NCBI RefSeq assembly: GCF_006345805.1
Contig: NC_043013.1
Coordinates: 48,608,001-48,672,000, forward strand
Source: Octopus sinensis
Lineage: Eukaryota
Reading direction: 5' to 3'
DNA: 64,000 bases
A program made the translations under genes and the position numbers. The stretch's first letter is position 1; each line of letters begins with the position of its first letter. The notes beneath the pieces were generated by a model, which was not told the origin of the DNA, did not search any database, and saw nothing but the letters and a program-made list of their open reading frames with translations. Shown here piece after piece: positions 52,203 to 64,000 of this stretch.

Positions 52203-52890
52203 ACTAGCAGTGATACCTGGCATTGCTTGGGATTAAAATGGCATAGTTTGTATATAATATATTACAATTTTGTTGAAACCGGTGATATGGGAAAGTGCAG
52301 CATTGACAACAAAACATTTGTGGAGTTAATGCTGGGCTAATTCGACTAAGGAATATGCTATACGTCCGTTTGGAGCATTTCAGGCCCTAACCTTTCATGG
52401 AAAATTGGGGGTGGGGGTTATGTGATTTTCTAATGCACCGAAAAGCTGTCAATGGATATACTCTCCTTTGCAGCAGTCGGCTCTGTGTCTAACACGATCC
52501 ATAATCTGAAATTTTGACACTTCCATAGGGTTTGTTGTCCCACATCACTCATAAAGTAAATTTGGAGGAACTGTGGTTGTTCATTTGCGAGTAACAGGGA
52601 ACCAATGAGGTGATAGACTTGCCCATGAACTTTGACGTCGGAGTAAATTCATGTTTAGCTATCTTCTTAGATGCACCAAACGATGTCATTTAAAATGCAG
52701 GGTTGTATTGTCTGATATTGTTCAGAAAATCCTTTGACTGGATGGAAATGCCTTCTAGAAGATCCATAAGTGGTTGAGGAGGAGCTGGTAGTGCTAGCAA
52801 TGTTACCTGACCGCTTGAGCAGCACATACCATTTGTTTCATTTGTAAATTTTATATCTCTACATAAACGACAATTTGTGTTTAGCACACC
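52203..52890 (-). mobile_element. Internally deleted Helitron
   Basis: Minus-strand CCSSGQV.L..LPAPP..L..FLNNIRQYN.AF*MTSFG, KVHGQVYHLIGSLL and PQFLQIYF. The 3' hairpin CCCAAGCAATGCCAGG is followed by CTAG|T at 52203-52231. Confidence 0.85.
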
Positions 52891-53281
52891 AATTTGAACA
52901 GAGTTATCATTTTTATAAGAATGAGATGGATCATATCAGAAAGTAACTCCAGGAGTTGTGAAGAATGAATTTGTACGTAGTCTATTGGACCACTGTCTAA
53001 TCATTAAAACATTGATTTAATAATCCAGCATTAAGTGCTTCAACATGCATTTGCTGATCTTGAGAAAATCTCATCTCTCTTCAGACACTTACCTTCAGTT
53101 TTCTACATTCCTCCTTGCTTTATACTTGTTTCTGGAGAGATTACGCATTTTCTGTGTTTCTCCCGCTCATTCCATAAAAATTTATTTGAAGAGAATAGAA
53201 ATTGAAAGAAGATAAAACGAAAAGAACAGAGAAAGAAGGCGAAAGATGTATGTACGTCTATATGAAATGGACGTATGTGTG

Positions 53282-53326
<45 letters not shown>

Positions 53327-53627
53327 GTGTGTGTGTGTACGCGCGCGTATGTGTGTGAGAGTGAAAGAGAGTGAAAAAGAGAGAGATAGAGTGAGTGAGG
53401 TGTGTGTCGTGATGATTGATGTCTTTTAAGGTACACACACATATAGAAAATGTGACGTCATCGTATAACATGTTTACTATAGTTGATTTATGGAAAAGAT
53501 TATAATGTTAAATTTTTGAAATGCAAATATGTGAATGGAAATTAAGTTTAATTTGTAGCCGAAATAGTACTGAATCCTTTGATACCCCATACTTTAAAAT
53601 CTGTAACCCGGTTTTTGAATGCTTAAG

Positions 53628-53710
<83 letters not shown>

Positions 53711-53718
53711 ATATATAT

Positions 53719-53753
<35 letters not shown>

Positions 53754-54499
53754 ATATAGGACAGACTTCTTTCAAACTGAAAGTATTATCTCACATTACA
53801 ATAGAGACGTAATACTGAAATAGTGTAAGATATAAGAGATTGCTCTGGGCTCGCATTAGGCAAGAAGTTGGAAATATTTTTGGCCCATGATACTGCATTG
53901 ACGATCGCTTTTGTACATGACGACTGTTACTTTAAGTATTTTATTTCGATTTTATGTATATATGTATGTATGAGCCAATGAGGGAGACCTCTACATGGTA
54001 GCTAGACCTGGTAGAAATATCAGCCAAATCTCCCTCAAAACACCCTACTGTCTTAATCCAAGAATTCTGCCTATTATGTAGTTTGAATGAGAAACTGTAG
54101 CTAAGGATTAAGATTATTAACCCCAAAATTTTATGCGTTTTAATAGCAATCAATTTTTTTCTCTTTTTTTGCGTAGGTTTTCATGTCAGCTGTAAAGGTG
54201 AAGAGGGTTAACTTGGATGGTGTTAAGTAGTGGAGATGTTCGGTGATTCTATGTGGTGGTTACTTTTGACTGTTTCTTCTCAATAAGGATAATTTATACA
54301 ACTTCAAGTGGAATTGTACGCCATAAGAGAGACAAGATAAGATAAGAGCATAGCGACGGTTTTGGTTGATTGTCATCCTGTACACCCCTTGTTCCTTGCG
54401 AAATGGTATGTGCCGGCTGCCTGAGCAACTGGTCGATTTTAATGGTGGAACAAACAGGACAAAAAGATTACAAAAATAGCGATTCTCACCTTGAAACTA

Positions 54500-54634
54500 A
54501 CTATTTTGAAAATATTTTTAGGTTCGCCTCGCTCTCTCATGTATCCATGTTTAAAATTTCAGCGCGATCGGATGAACAATACTCGAGTTATAAGCGCACA
54601 AACAGACAGTCAGAACAGATTGTATATATTAAGA
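54500..54634 (-). mobile_element. Helitron/HINE-like 5' fragment
   Basis: AAATTTCAGCGCGATCGG...ACAAACAGACAG...TATATATTAAGAT end; recall-based resemblance. Confidence 0.35.
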
Positions 54635-54635
54635 T

Positions 54636-54691
<56 letters not shown>

Positions 54692-55230
54692 TAGAGAGCT
54701 AGATAGGTATATTTGAATTATATATTGCATACATACACGTGTAGTATTAGGTTTCACATTTTTTATCCAAAATAATAGCTTTTCCAATTGTTCTAAAAGA
54801 TACTTCGTGTCCCAGTTTCTGATGGATTCTTTCCATTTCGATATTGATTTACTATATTCATATTTGAAACTTAACTATTTGATCTTTGATATATCCAAGA
54901 AAAAATATCTAAAAAAATTATGTTAGCCTAAGCGTTAATTTAGCTTGTGGCTGACCACACCGTCAAAGAAATGAAATGAAAGTAAAAGAAAAAAGGCAAA
55001 CAGAAACGGAAAAGCGACGAAATGTTTTCGTTTTTGTATGTATGTATGCATGCATGCATGTATGTATGTATGTATGTATGTATGTATGTATGTATGTATG
55101 TATGTATGTATGTATGTATGTATGTACAGTTGAATGTAAGCTATGTTTTGTTTATTTGCTGTACGTTAATTGCTGTTGATATCTATATTTATATGTCTTT
55201 CACTGTATAAATGCAATTAGACAACAATCA

Positions 55231-56804
55231 TACGAAGTGCATTCAAGAGGTTTTGAGACTTTCTTTTAGGAAAGGTAGTTTAATTGCTGTAGATTATTGT
55301 AATTTTGTTACATCATTACTATATAGTCAATAAGCTGACCTTCCAACTTTTTATTCCAGATTGAACGAAACGGCTGTAAGAGAACTTTGAACGCACCTTA
55401 CTGAACACTGCATGTCACAGCAGACTGGTTTGCAGAATGCAGTCCAGATTTGAAGACAATTTGGAAGCTTGCTATGCAAAAGCTTTTTCTGTTAAACTGG
55501 GAAAAAACGTTCCACACTGCTTATGGATTAACTTGTACTGGCCGAGCAGCGGTTTTTCGCTGGCACAGGAGAGTTTCAAGCACGCTAGAGTGGAAGTGAG
55601 AGACGATGAGAAGTGTAGGAGGGGGAGGAACGTCAAAACATTAGAACTGGCTGAGAAGATTCTCAGTTTTCTAGAAGACAACCGTTGTGTGTCTATAGAA
55701 CCAGTAGGGCGGTTGGATTCGATGTGGCAACTGTACATAGAATTATTCAGGAAGACCTGAACATGCGTCAAATTTGTGCAAAGTTTGTTCCCTGGGTTTC
55801 CAGTGACGAATAGAAGGAAAGATGCGTTGGTGTTGGCCTCATTACCTCCAATCCAAGCGTACTTGAGTTTCAGGTGACTTGTGACGAAAGCTGGATCCAC
55901 TGTTATGATATAAAGACCAAGAAACAAAGTGCACAATAGAAACATTCTGGCTCTCTCTGACCCAAGAAGGTCAGGTAAGGCAAGTCCACTGGGAAAATCA
56001 TGATGATCCCTTTTTTCGACAACAAGGGCATCATTTTCACCCACTGGGTTTCCTCTGCCAGTCAATAAAGAAAGAATACTTTGTGGAGGTTTTGAAGGAG
56101 TTCAGGAAGAGATTTCGTTGTGAGAGGCCAGAGCTTTTCCACTCCGATCGGCAACACCATCACAGGACAATGCACCGGTCCACAATTCCATCTTGGCATC
56201 CAACTATTTAACAGAGATGGGGATCAAAGCTGTCTCTCACACACCCTACACTCCAAACCTTGATCCTGGTGACGTTTGGTAGTTCCCTAAGCTGAAGGAA
56301 AGTCTCATGGTCAGTCGTTTTGAAGACGTTGAGAAGTTGAAGGAGGATGTGATAAGGGTCCATGGAGCTTTCACGAAGTTGCTGGAGAGCTACAAGTGCA
56401 CTGAAGCCAGATCTTACTTTGAAGAAAGTTAAAATTTTGTACTTCTTTGAAATTCATAAATGTCTCCATTTTGGGTCGGTAAAATAATTAACAGTTGAGT
56501 ACTGGGGTCGATGTAATCGACTCAATCCCTCCTCCGAATTTCATGGCCTTATTAATAGAGACAATTATTGATTTTAAATTTTAGCAAAAGGCCAGCAAGT
56601 TCGGGGAAAAGCTAAGTTGATTACATCGACCCCAGTGCTCAACTGGTACCTATTTTATCGACCTCAAAAGGATGAAAGACAAAGTCGACCACGGCGGAAT
56701 TTGAACTCAGAACGTAAAGACAGACGAAACGCCGTTAAACATTTTGCCTGGAGTAGGAATATCTCTCATTAAAATGTCTCAAACATTCTGGAATTCACCT
56801 TGTA
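55231..56804 (+). mobile_element. Near full-length decayed mariner with both TIRs
   Basis: TA-flanked TIRs of about 30 bp (55233 onward; 56773-56802). Transposase spans 55437-56432: FVP, VTCDESWIHCYD, QDNAPVH and PYTPNLDP, with stops and frameshifts. SINE-containing insert at 56467-56771. Confidence 0.9.
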
Positions 56805-57159
56805 GATGGTGCTTATAATTAATCCTTATTTACCTGTTTATATATCTTTCCACCTCATAAATACAAATGGACTTCTAATCAATATTCTTTTCCTATTTTC
56901 AATATTCCTTTTCTATTTTCAGCAATTCTTGTCTCGTTCTTTCGCATTTGTCTAATTAAATCACATCACATTATATAAAACAGCAAGCACTAACTGCCCT
57001 CGTCCCCCACCTGTCTCTTTCTCTGTATATACACACACATACATCGCCATCTTCGTATTCTAGTGACATTTTGTTTTTCAGTATCTCTTTCCTTACGTAT
57101 GCCACTCTTTACCTCTGTCTTTCTACAAATATATATTTCCCTTTCTCCTTCGTTGTATT

Positions 57160-57330
57160 TTCTTAACGCCTGCCGCGTCTCCTCCTGCTGGCTACGGCTT
57201 CGTAGTCTCTGTTGCAGCTGTCCATGTCACATTTTCCAGCCTTCACAGTGTTCACAGAGCATTGGAAAGCAGTCATGATGTCGGCAGTTTGACACCCGGT
57301 GCGAACTAGCTTTCTCTCTTACGCACTCCT
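57160..57330 (+). mobile_element. Possible PLE C-terminal remnant followed by a CT-rich tract
   Basis: HFSSLHS..RALES..VGSLTPGAN*LS; pyrimidine-rich DNA continues to about 57880. Confidence 0.35.
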
Positions 57331-57835
57331 CGTCAATTTCCGAGTCCTTCCAATCCTCCCCTCCCACTTTCCGTTACCTCCCTTTCACTCCCTAATCTTC
57401 TATCCTCCCATTATCCCACTGCTATTTCCTTTCTTCCTCCTCGCTTGCTCTCCTCTCTATATCAACCTACTCTCCCTTCCCCCATTTCACTTGCTTTTCT
57501 TTTTCTGTCTCACACTACTCTTCCCTCTCTCCTCTCTCTTCATATTCCCACTAGACCTCTCCATCCGTCTGCTCTCCTCTCTCCCACTCTACTTACTCTT
57601 CTTCCGTTGCTCAATCTACTCTTCCTCTTCCCTTTCTTCTCTGTTACTCTCATCCCACATCTCCTCTTGCTCTCCTTTCTCCCCTCATATTCCTGTCGTT
57701 CACTAGTTTTTCTCCATTTGCTTTTCTCTCTTCCTCTCCAGTTGATCCCCTCTTTCCCACTCCGCTTGCTCCCTTTCATCCGTTTCAACTTTCTCTTTTA
57801 TCTCTCTTCTCCCTCATAGCCCAATGGTCCATTCG

Positions 57836-57866
<31 letters not shown>

Positions 57867-57894
57867 CCTTTATCTCTCTCATCTATTGTTGAGT

Positions 57895-58083
57895 AGCGCC
57901 ATAAACTTCCGTTTACTCAAGGTGGCCCCCCCCCCTCACCTTCCACTGTAGCTTGTAGACGGCTCTGCAACCTGGCGCATGTGTTCTTCCTTGTATCTCT
58001 GGGAAGATCTTCGAATAACTCCTTGATCTTTGCCACCACCAGCTCAACTTTGGTGTTGTAGGCAGAGCGGTTGGTATCTTTCT
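57895..58083 (-). pseudogene. Tc1/mariner (maT-like) transposase C-terminus
   Basis: DTNRSAYNTKVELVVAKIKELFEDLPRDT..NTCARLQSRLQATVEGEGG, frameshifted at a C10 run before HLE*. Confidence 0.75.
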
Positions 58084-58208
58084 CATCCGGCGAGCTGGCA
58101 GAATCGTTAGCACGCCGGGCGAAATGCGTAGCCGTATTTCGCCTGCCATTACGTTCTTTGCTTTGCTTCAGCGTTATTTATTTTTTACATTAATCTTAAT
58201 CTTATTTC

Positions 58209-58252
58209 GGCCATAGTTCTTTCGTCACACTCCTGTGACCGCATCAGTGGTC
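58209..58252 (-). ncRNA. Inverted copy of the hammerhead-like motif (A9C)
   Basis: Same sequence with CTGATGC core and CUA triplet. Confidence 0.45.
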
Positions 58253-58478
58253 CTTTGCTTTTTTCTTTCTTATTTGTGTGTCACTCCTTACAGCCATTTT
58301 CTATATATATAAACAGGAGATACAAATATTACAGACATCCCCCCTCACACACACACTAACTAAACATAGACGCACATAGAGATATGCGCATGCGCAAATG
58401 AAGACACATACAATGGAAATACAAAATGGCTGACGGTTAGTAAGGAGAGACACACAAATAAGAAAGAAGAAAGCAAAG

Positions 58479-58522
58479 GACCACTGATGAGGTCACAGGA
58501 GTGTGACGAAAGAACTCTGGCC
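58479..58522 (+). ncRNA. Minimal type I hammerhead-like motif with intact core
   Basis: CCA-CTGATGA-G-GTCACA-GGAG-TGTGAC-GAAAG-AA-CTC-TGG. Confidence 0.65.
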
Positions 58523-59044
58523 GAAATAAGATTAAGATTAATGTAAAAGAAATAAATAACGCTGAAGCAAAGTAACACCAAATATACAGTGCGTGTGTTT
58601 TTATTGGCTAAACTGGCAAAATGACCATTCCTAAATACAACAATATCTGTTTCAACACACGATTACACATCAAAAATCTTGCAAAACAAATATATAAACG
58701 TAACTTTCTTTTTAATTACCATTTATAATGTAAATTTTCAGATTCGAAAGTTTTGAGGCTGTCACTAAAATAATACTGTAGTTTGTTAGTTTAGGAATTT
58801 TAGAGAATTAATCTTTTATTAGAGCTCCTAGGATTTCTATGAATTCCACATCTTGGAACTTTCACTTACATGGTACTGTAGGCATTTCCGGAAGCCAGAG
58901 CCAACATAAGCGCCAAACATTCCACCCACATAGGAGCGTGCTCATTATATAATGCTTGTTAGGTTTGTGTGTGAGTGTGTACGCGTGTGTGTGTTAATGT
59001 ATATGTTTGTGTGTGTGTGTGTGTGTGCATTTTAATGTGCTCTT

Positions 59045-59880
59045 TACTCAGTTCAATCAAATCCCGTCACCGTCCACATCTTCCCCAAGCCTACCCCTCC
59101 CTTTTTTCAAAAGCAACCGTAACCTGCGTAATTTACTAATCCGTGGCTCTTTCTCCACTCTCGGTACTTGTCTCCTTTCCTTGCTCTCGCCCACGTAATC
59201 TCATTTACTGCGTTCTCTGCTCTTTTTGCTTCTCTTCTACATACGACAGAATGGTCGTCGCCTGGTTGACCGTTTTGTCGAACACTTACAGTAATGGAGC
59301 CTCGGTTTCGCGCTACTTCCGCTCGACTGACTGTACATTCTCTTTCAACATCTGTCTCTGTTCGGAATGATCTTTGCACAGAGAACCGCCGACTCTTTTC
59401 TCCGTCTGGAGCAGGAATTCATTTCCCCCCCTCTCCAAAATTCGGTGTTCAACAGCCTAAATTCTCAACTCCTTATCATGTATCCCCCACTTTTTTCCAT
59501 TTCACTCACACACCTAAACACATCGCCATATACACATACATATACACACGCACAAACACACAATAAACACATACCTAATAGCTTCCTTACACACATACAC
59601 ACACACACGTAGCCAGATTCACAGTTGTCTTTTTTTGCAACTCATTCTTGAAGCAACCTCTGTATCACTTCTTGTCTTTTCAACATGCCGTGACGATGAT
59701 GTACAAGCGTTTTCCTTCTCTCCATTTTCTTTCGTCGTTTTTTCCCCTCTCCTTGTCACTCCGTTCTTTCAAAAGAAGAGCGTGTACTCGAAACGTAAAA
59801 TACTTTTCCTTTTATTCCACCCACAATTTTCCGAGCGTTTGTGTACTTTTTCACCTCGTTTCCGTGTTTGATATATAACC
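59045..59880 (+). mobile_element. PLE 3' remnant (GIY-YIG and terminal region)
   Basis: FKSNRNLRNLLIR, NLIYCVLCSFC and YIRQNGRRLVDRFVEHL; degenerate hammerhead at 59767-59800. Confidence 0.8.
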
Positions 59881-59884
59881 CCCA

Positions 59885-59917
<33 letters not shown>

Positions 59918-60205
59918 AAAACGTGCACATGTCCTCTGACTACTTTTAATGGATATTTTCCATCAAGGCAAAAATATAGAATAAGATCTAAAATTGCCAA
60001 GAGAAGCGTAAAGTGCATTATGCATAAATCTATCTACACAGTATTACATTCGGTTTTATATCTTTCTGTGAATATGTGTGTGATTGTCTCCACATCCAGT
60101 TGTGTGAGTATATGTGTATATTTGAGACTGCGGATGAACGTAGGTGTAGAGGTAACTATGCAGTTATTTTAACGTTTATGTGTGTGCGTTTATAGTATTT
60201 GTGCG

Positions 60206-60266
60206 TATCGTCTGCTTCATATTATCGTCTGCTTCATATTATCGTCTGCTTCATATTATCGTCTGC
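60206..60266. repeat. 17-bp minisatellite x3.6
   Basis: Unit TATCGTCTGCTTCATAT. Confidence 0.95.
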
Positions 60267-60872
60267 ACTACTCATTACCGTTGATATGCTTGTAGATCAA
60301 TCGAAAAGACATTCAATTTAATCCTTCATCAAGTCTGAATATGGAATACTATTGGAAATAAAATTATCTATGAATATAACATTTCACTTGAAATTAAGAT
60401 TTAATATTGATTTAGAATACTTAAAGGTTAGCTGTATTTAAAAGTTATTGAGTGAAAGAACTCAAGAAAATGAATTCGATATACAACATATTGTAGCAAC
60501 TTAAGCATTGAATACGAAACTTAATGTAATATTCAAGAACTGTCATTGGAAGGCTGGAAGTTATTGATATCAAAAACATAATATTAATACAATGAATTGT
60601 GCTGTCATTTTAAAAACTCTGAATTATTTATAACATAAACAGAAGCTTTTGCACAAAGTTTAGGAATATTGATATATATCTAAGAAAAATTATTCAAAAT
60701 CACTTTTTTGAACAAATCAGTCATACTAGTAACTCTCACTTAAAGAAAAAGTTAACTAAAGCCAGTCGAAATTAGCGATCCAACTCATAATAATCTTGAA
60801 TGGTAGAATAAATTATTAATTACTACCGTTCCTCACAAGAGTACCAGGATTTTGAGAATTGTTTAGAATATT

Positions 60873-61451
60873 AGGCACAGACGTGGCTGTGTGGTAAGAA
60901 GCTTACTTTCCAACCACATGGTTCCGGATTCACTCACACTACCTGGTATCTTGGTTAAGTGTCTTTTAGTATAATTTCAGGCCGACCAAAAGCTTGCGAG
61001 TAGTAGACGGAACTGAAAGAGTATCGTCATATATATACTCTTTTCTCTCTTTTACTTGTTTCAGTCATTTGACTGCGGCCATGCTGGAGCACCGCCTTTA
61101 ATCGAGCAACTCAACCCCGGGACTTATTCATTGTAAGCCCAGTACTTATTCTATCGGTCTCTTTTGCCGAACCGCTAAGTGACGGGGACATAAACACACC
61201 AGCATCGGTTGTCAAGCAATGCTAGGGGGACAAACACAGACACACAAACACACACACGCATATATATATATATATATACATATATACGACGGGCTTCTTT
61301 CAGTTTCCGTCTACCAAATCCACTCACAAGGCTTTGGTCAGCCCGAAGCTATAGTAGAAGACACTTGCCCAAGGTTCCACGCAGTGGGACTGAACCCGGA
61401 ACCATGTGGTTGGTAAGCAAGCTACTTACCACACAGCCACTCCTACGCCTA
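60873..61451. mobile_element. Two SINE family A copies in opposite orientation
   Basis: Diverged plus-strand 5' half at 60873-61030; full minus-strand copy at 61037-61451. Confidence 0.85.
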
Positions 61452-61643
61452 TATATACATATATATATAAACTCATGCTTTCATGCTGTCGCAAGATTAA
61501 CTAATTTTTGGCCAGCAGAGTAGACTGGAGCAACGTGAAATGAAGTGTTTTGCTCAAGAACGCAACACATCGCGCCCGGTCCAGGAATCGAAACCGCAAT
61601 ATTTTAATTCATGAATGCAACACCCTAGCACTAAACCACGCAC

Positions 61644-61676
<33 letters not shown>

Positions 61677-62139
61677 CATACATACACGCAAGCATACACA
61701 CAATACACACAGAGAGAGAAAGAGACAGAGAGAGCTATCAAGAGATAACGAATGTAATCATATAGAAACAAATTATACATACCTCACTTAAATATCTCGT
61801 TATGCTTAAATATTTCTTGTATTTTTATTAAAACAATGTTGATATCTTACTAATACTTTCATTACTTGTATCAACGTACACCTCATTAAGTGTATCACTA
61901 TTTTTAATTAAAAATAACGTCGACATACAATTTATTGACATATGCTTAAATAGTTTCAGTTTTCATTCTATTACATCTTTATGAATTTCTCTCCTAATTT
62001 GCATTAATTGCGAATTAATTTTTCCCGTGACTTATTAAATAGCTACAGTTTTCTTTTCTAATCAACATCTCGTTTTCAGACCTCATTTTTCACGTTGATT
62101 TTCGATAGATGTCTTTACACTTTCTCTATTTATAGAGGC

Positions 62140-62525
62140 GTGGAGGCGCAATGGCCCAGTGGTTAGGGCAGCGGACTCGCGGTCGTAGGATCGTGGTTTC
62201 GATTCCCAGACCGGGTGTTGTGAGTGTTTATTGGGCGAAAACACCTAAAAGCTCCACGAGGCTCCGGCAGGGGATGGTGGTGATCCCTGCTGTACTCTTT
62301 CACCACAACTTTCTCTCACTCTTACTTCCTGTTTCTGTTGTACCTGTATTTCAAGGGGCCGGCCTTGTCACTCTCTGTGTCACGCTGAATATCCCCGAGA
62401 ACTACGTTAAGGGTACACGTGTCTTTGGAGTGTTCAGCCACTTACACGTTAATTTCACGAGCAAGCTGTTCCGTTGATTCGGATCAACCGGAACCCTCAT
62501 CGTCGTAACCGACGGAGTGCTTCCA
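62140..62525 (+). mobile_element. SINE family B, full length
   Basis: 10-bp TSD TTATAGAGGC at 62130-62139 and 62536-62545. Confidence 0.9.
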
Positions 62526-62739
62526 TATATATATATTATAGAGGCAAATAACAAGTATTTTACCCAATAGTTTGAACGCTCAAGTTATTGTAGATGTTTT
62601 CACGAATGAAATTTAAGTATATACGCTATTTATAATGATAATGCAATGAAGCTGTAAGACTGTTACTTAACTGTTGAGAAAAGCAAGTTTAAAGTCAAAA
62701 ACCTGCTATGTATCGAAAGTTAATCCTTTCATCTTCAAA

Positions 62740-64000
62740 GATGAGGAGCATAGTCTACGTAGAAGAAAAAGATCGAACAAGAATTGGCAGAAAGACTAAT
62801 AAATCACCAGAAGGAAAGAAATTGCTGCTAGGATGAAAAAAGTTTTACTTCCTGGAAGGAAAGAATATTAAAGAGGATGAGAGGAGCTTACTTTAACGTT
62901 TAAATGAAATGCGAATAAGTGAAAGAACGAGATTACCAGTCTTATGAAAAACCGCGTCAAGTAGTAAAGATGGATGAGTTCTTAACGAAAATCAATGTCG
63001 AGAATGTATAGCCTCACACATTGTACAACGACTGCTGCTGTAAAAATGCCTGGGGGTTAAGAATCAAGCAAAACAAAGAGACAACCACTCATAGTAGAAA
63101 TGGTGAACACCTGATCTTGGAAGAATAAATGCAATAATTGAAAAGAAGACAGCGAAGGGAAGGGGCAGAAACGAGTTCCATAGAAAGTACATTAGACAAA
63201 GAGGATTATAGGTAACTACAGAAGAAATAAGCGAAAAATTACGGTCATGTCACATAAAAAGAAGTCTAGATACTAACAAAGAATAAACCAGTATCAGCAT
63301 TCCTAGTTTTTCAGAAGTAAAGAAAGAAAATTTTATCAAGATTTGAACAATAAGAATGAACAACAGGAGAACGGTATGTCAAATGCTGCTAAACAGCGAT
63401 CATGGAAAGTAGAACAAAAAACGAGTCATTGGGAAGTGTGAGAGTACAGAGTGGTGTATTTCATAGAAACTCGCACGTTCTCTCCATTACTTTACGTTAT
63501 TGCGTTAATTAACCCTGACGAAAATACTGAGATAATCCAGCCCTGTCTTTGAGCTTGATATGACTTGTATAAATATATACAAGACTTCAAGCAAAACACC
63601 AAAATTAAAAAAAGGTCTCCGCTTCTCTTGTCCAAACAGTAAGGGTATTTAGCGACGATATTTGTAAGCAGTTTTGGAGAAATAAGTATGCAGTTTTAAT
63701 TATGAAGAGAGGCTGAAAATTAAATCTTTAGATCACTGAGAGACAATGAAGGATACAGTACCAGGGTGTGCTGCTGGAAATGGAAATAAAAATGAGTCTC
63801 CAAAGAGTACAAGAGAAAGATTAGGAAGGTGCTCGAAACAAAACTAAATAGAAGGAATTTTATCAAAGCAATGAATACATTGGCCATGCGATTATTGAGT
63901 TATTGTGCTTCTTTACCAATGTAGACAAAGCTACAGGAATTAGAAGAATTAGGAAGTTGTTCATAATCAAGCAAAGGATCCGGATATAATCGTAGAAGAC
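62740..64000 (+). mobile_element. RLE-type LINE reverse transcriptase remnant
   Basis: SLGSVRVQSGVF..SPLL..IAL, FSDDI, MKRG and SKEYKRKIRKVLETKLNRRNFIKAMNTLA, with many lesions; runs off the window. Confidence 0.7.

Larger units (their letters stand above)
58161..58572. repeat. Inverted repeat with a hammerhead-like motif in each arm
   Basis: Arms at 58161-58300 and 58423-58572 are near-identical apart from an 8-nt indel. Confidence 0.9.

Overview
AT-rich, repeat-saturated eukaryotic DNA, intergenic or intronic. I found no intact host protein-coding gene; most long ORFs in the track are translations of microsatellites. The SINE families and microsatellite load suggest a cephalopod, probably Octopus (inference from recognition, not a database search). 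Contents: about 30 tRNA-derived SINE copies in three families (labelled A, B and C here); decayed LINEs (R4/Dong-like RLE, L1/Tx1-like, CR1-group); Penelope-like element (PLE) remnants; decayed mariner, maT-like, Tigger/pogo, MULE and Helitron transposons; several palindromic MITE or foldback elements; and one near-canonical tRNA-Gly(TCC). The best non-obvious signal is seven type I hammerhead-ribozyme-like motifs from six unrelated sequences, three with an intact catalytic core and two forming an inverted pair. These fit a known class (PLE-associated hammerheads). I found no convincing evidence of a wholly new biological system. Boundaries of decayed elements are approximate.
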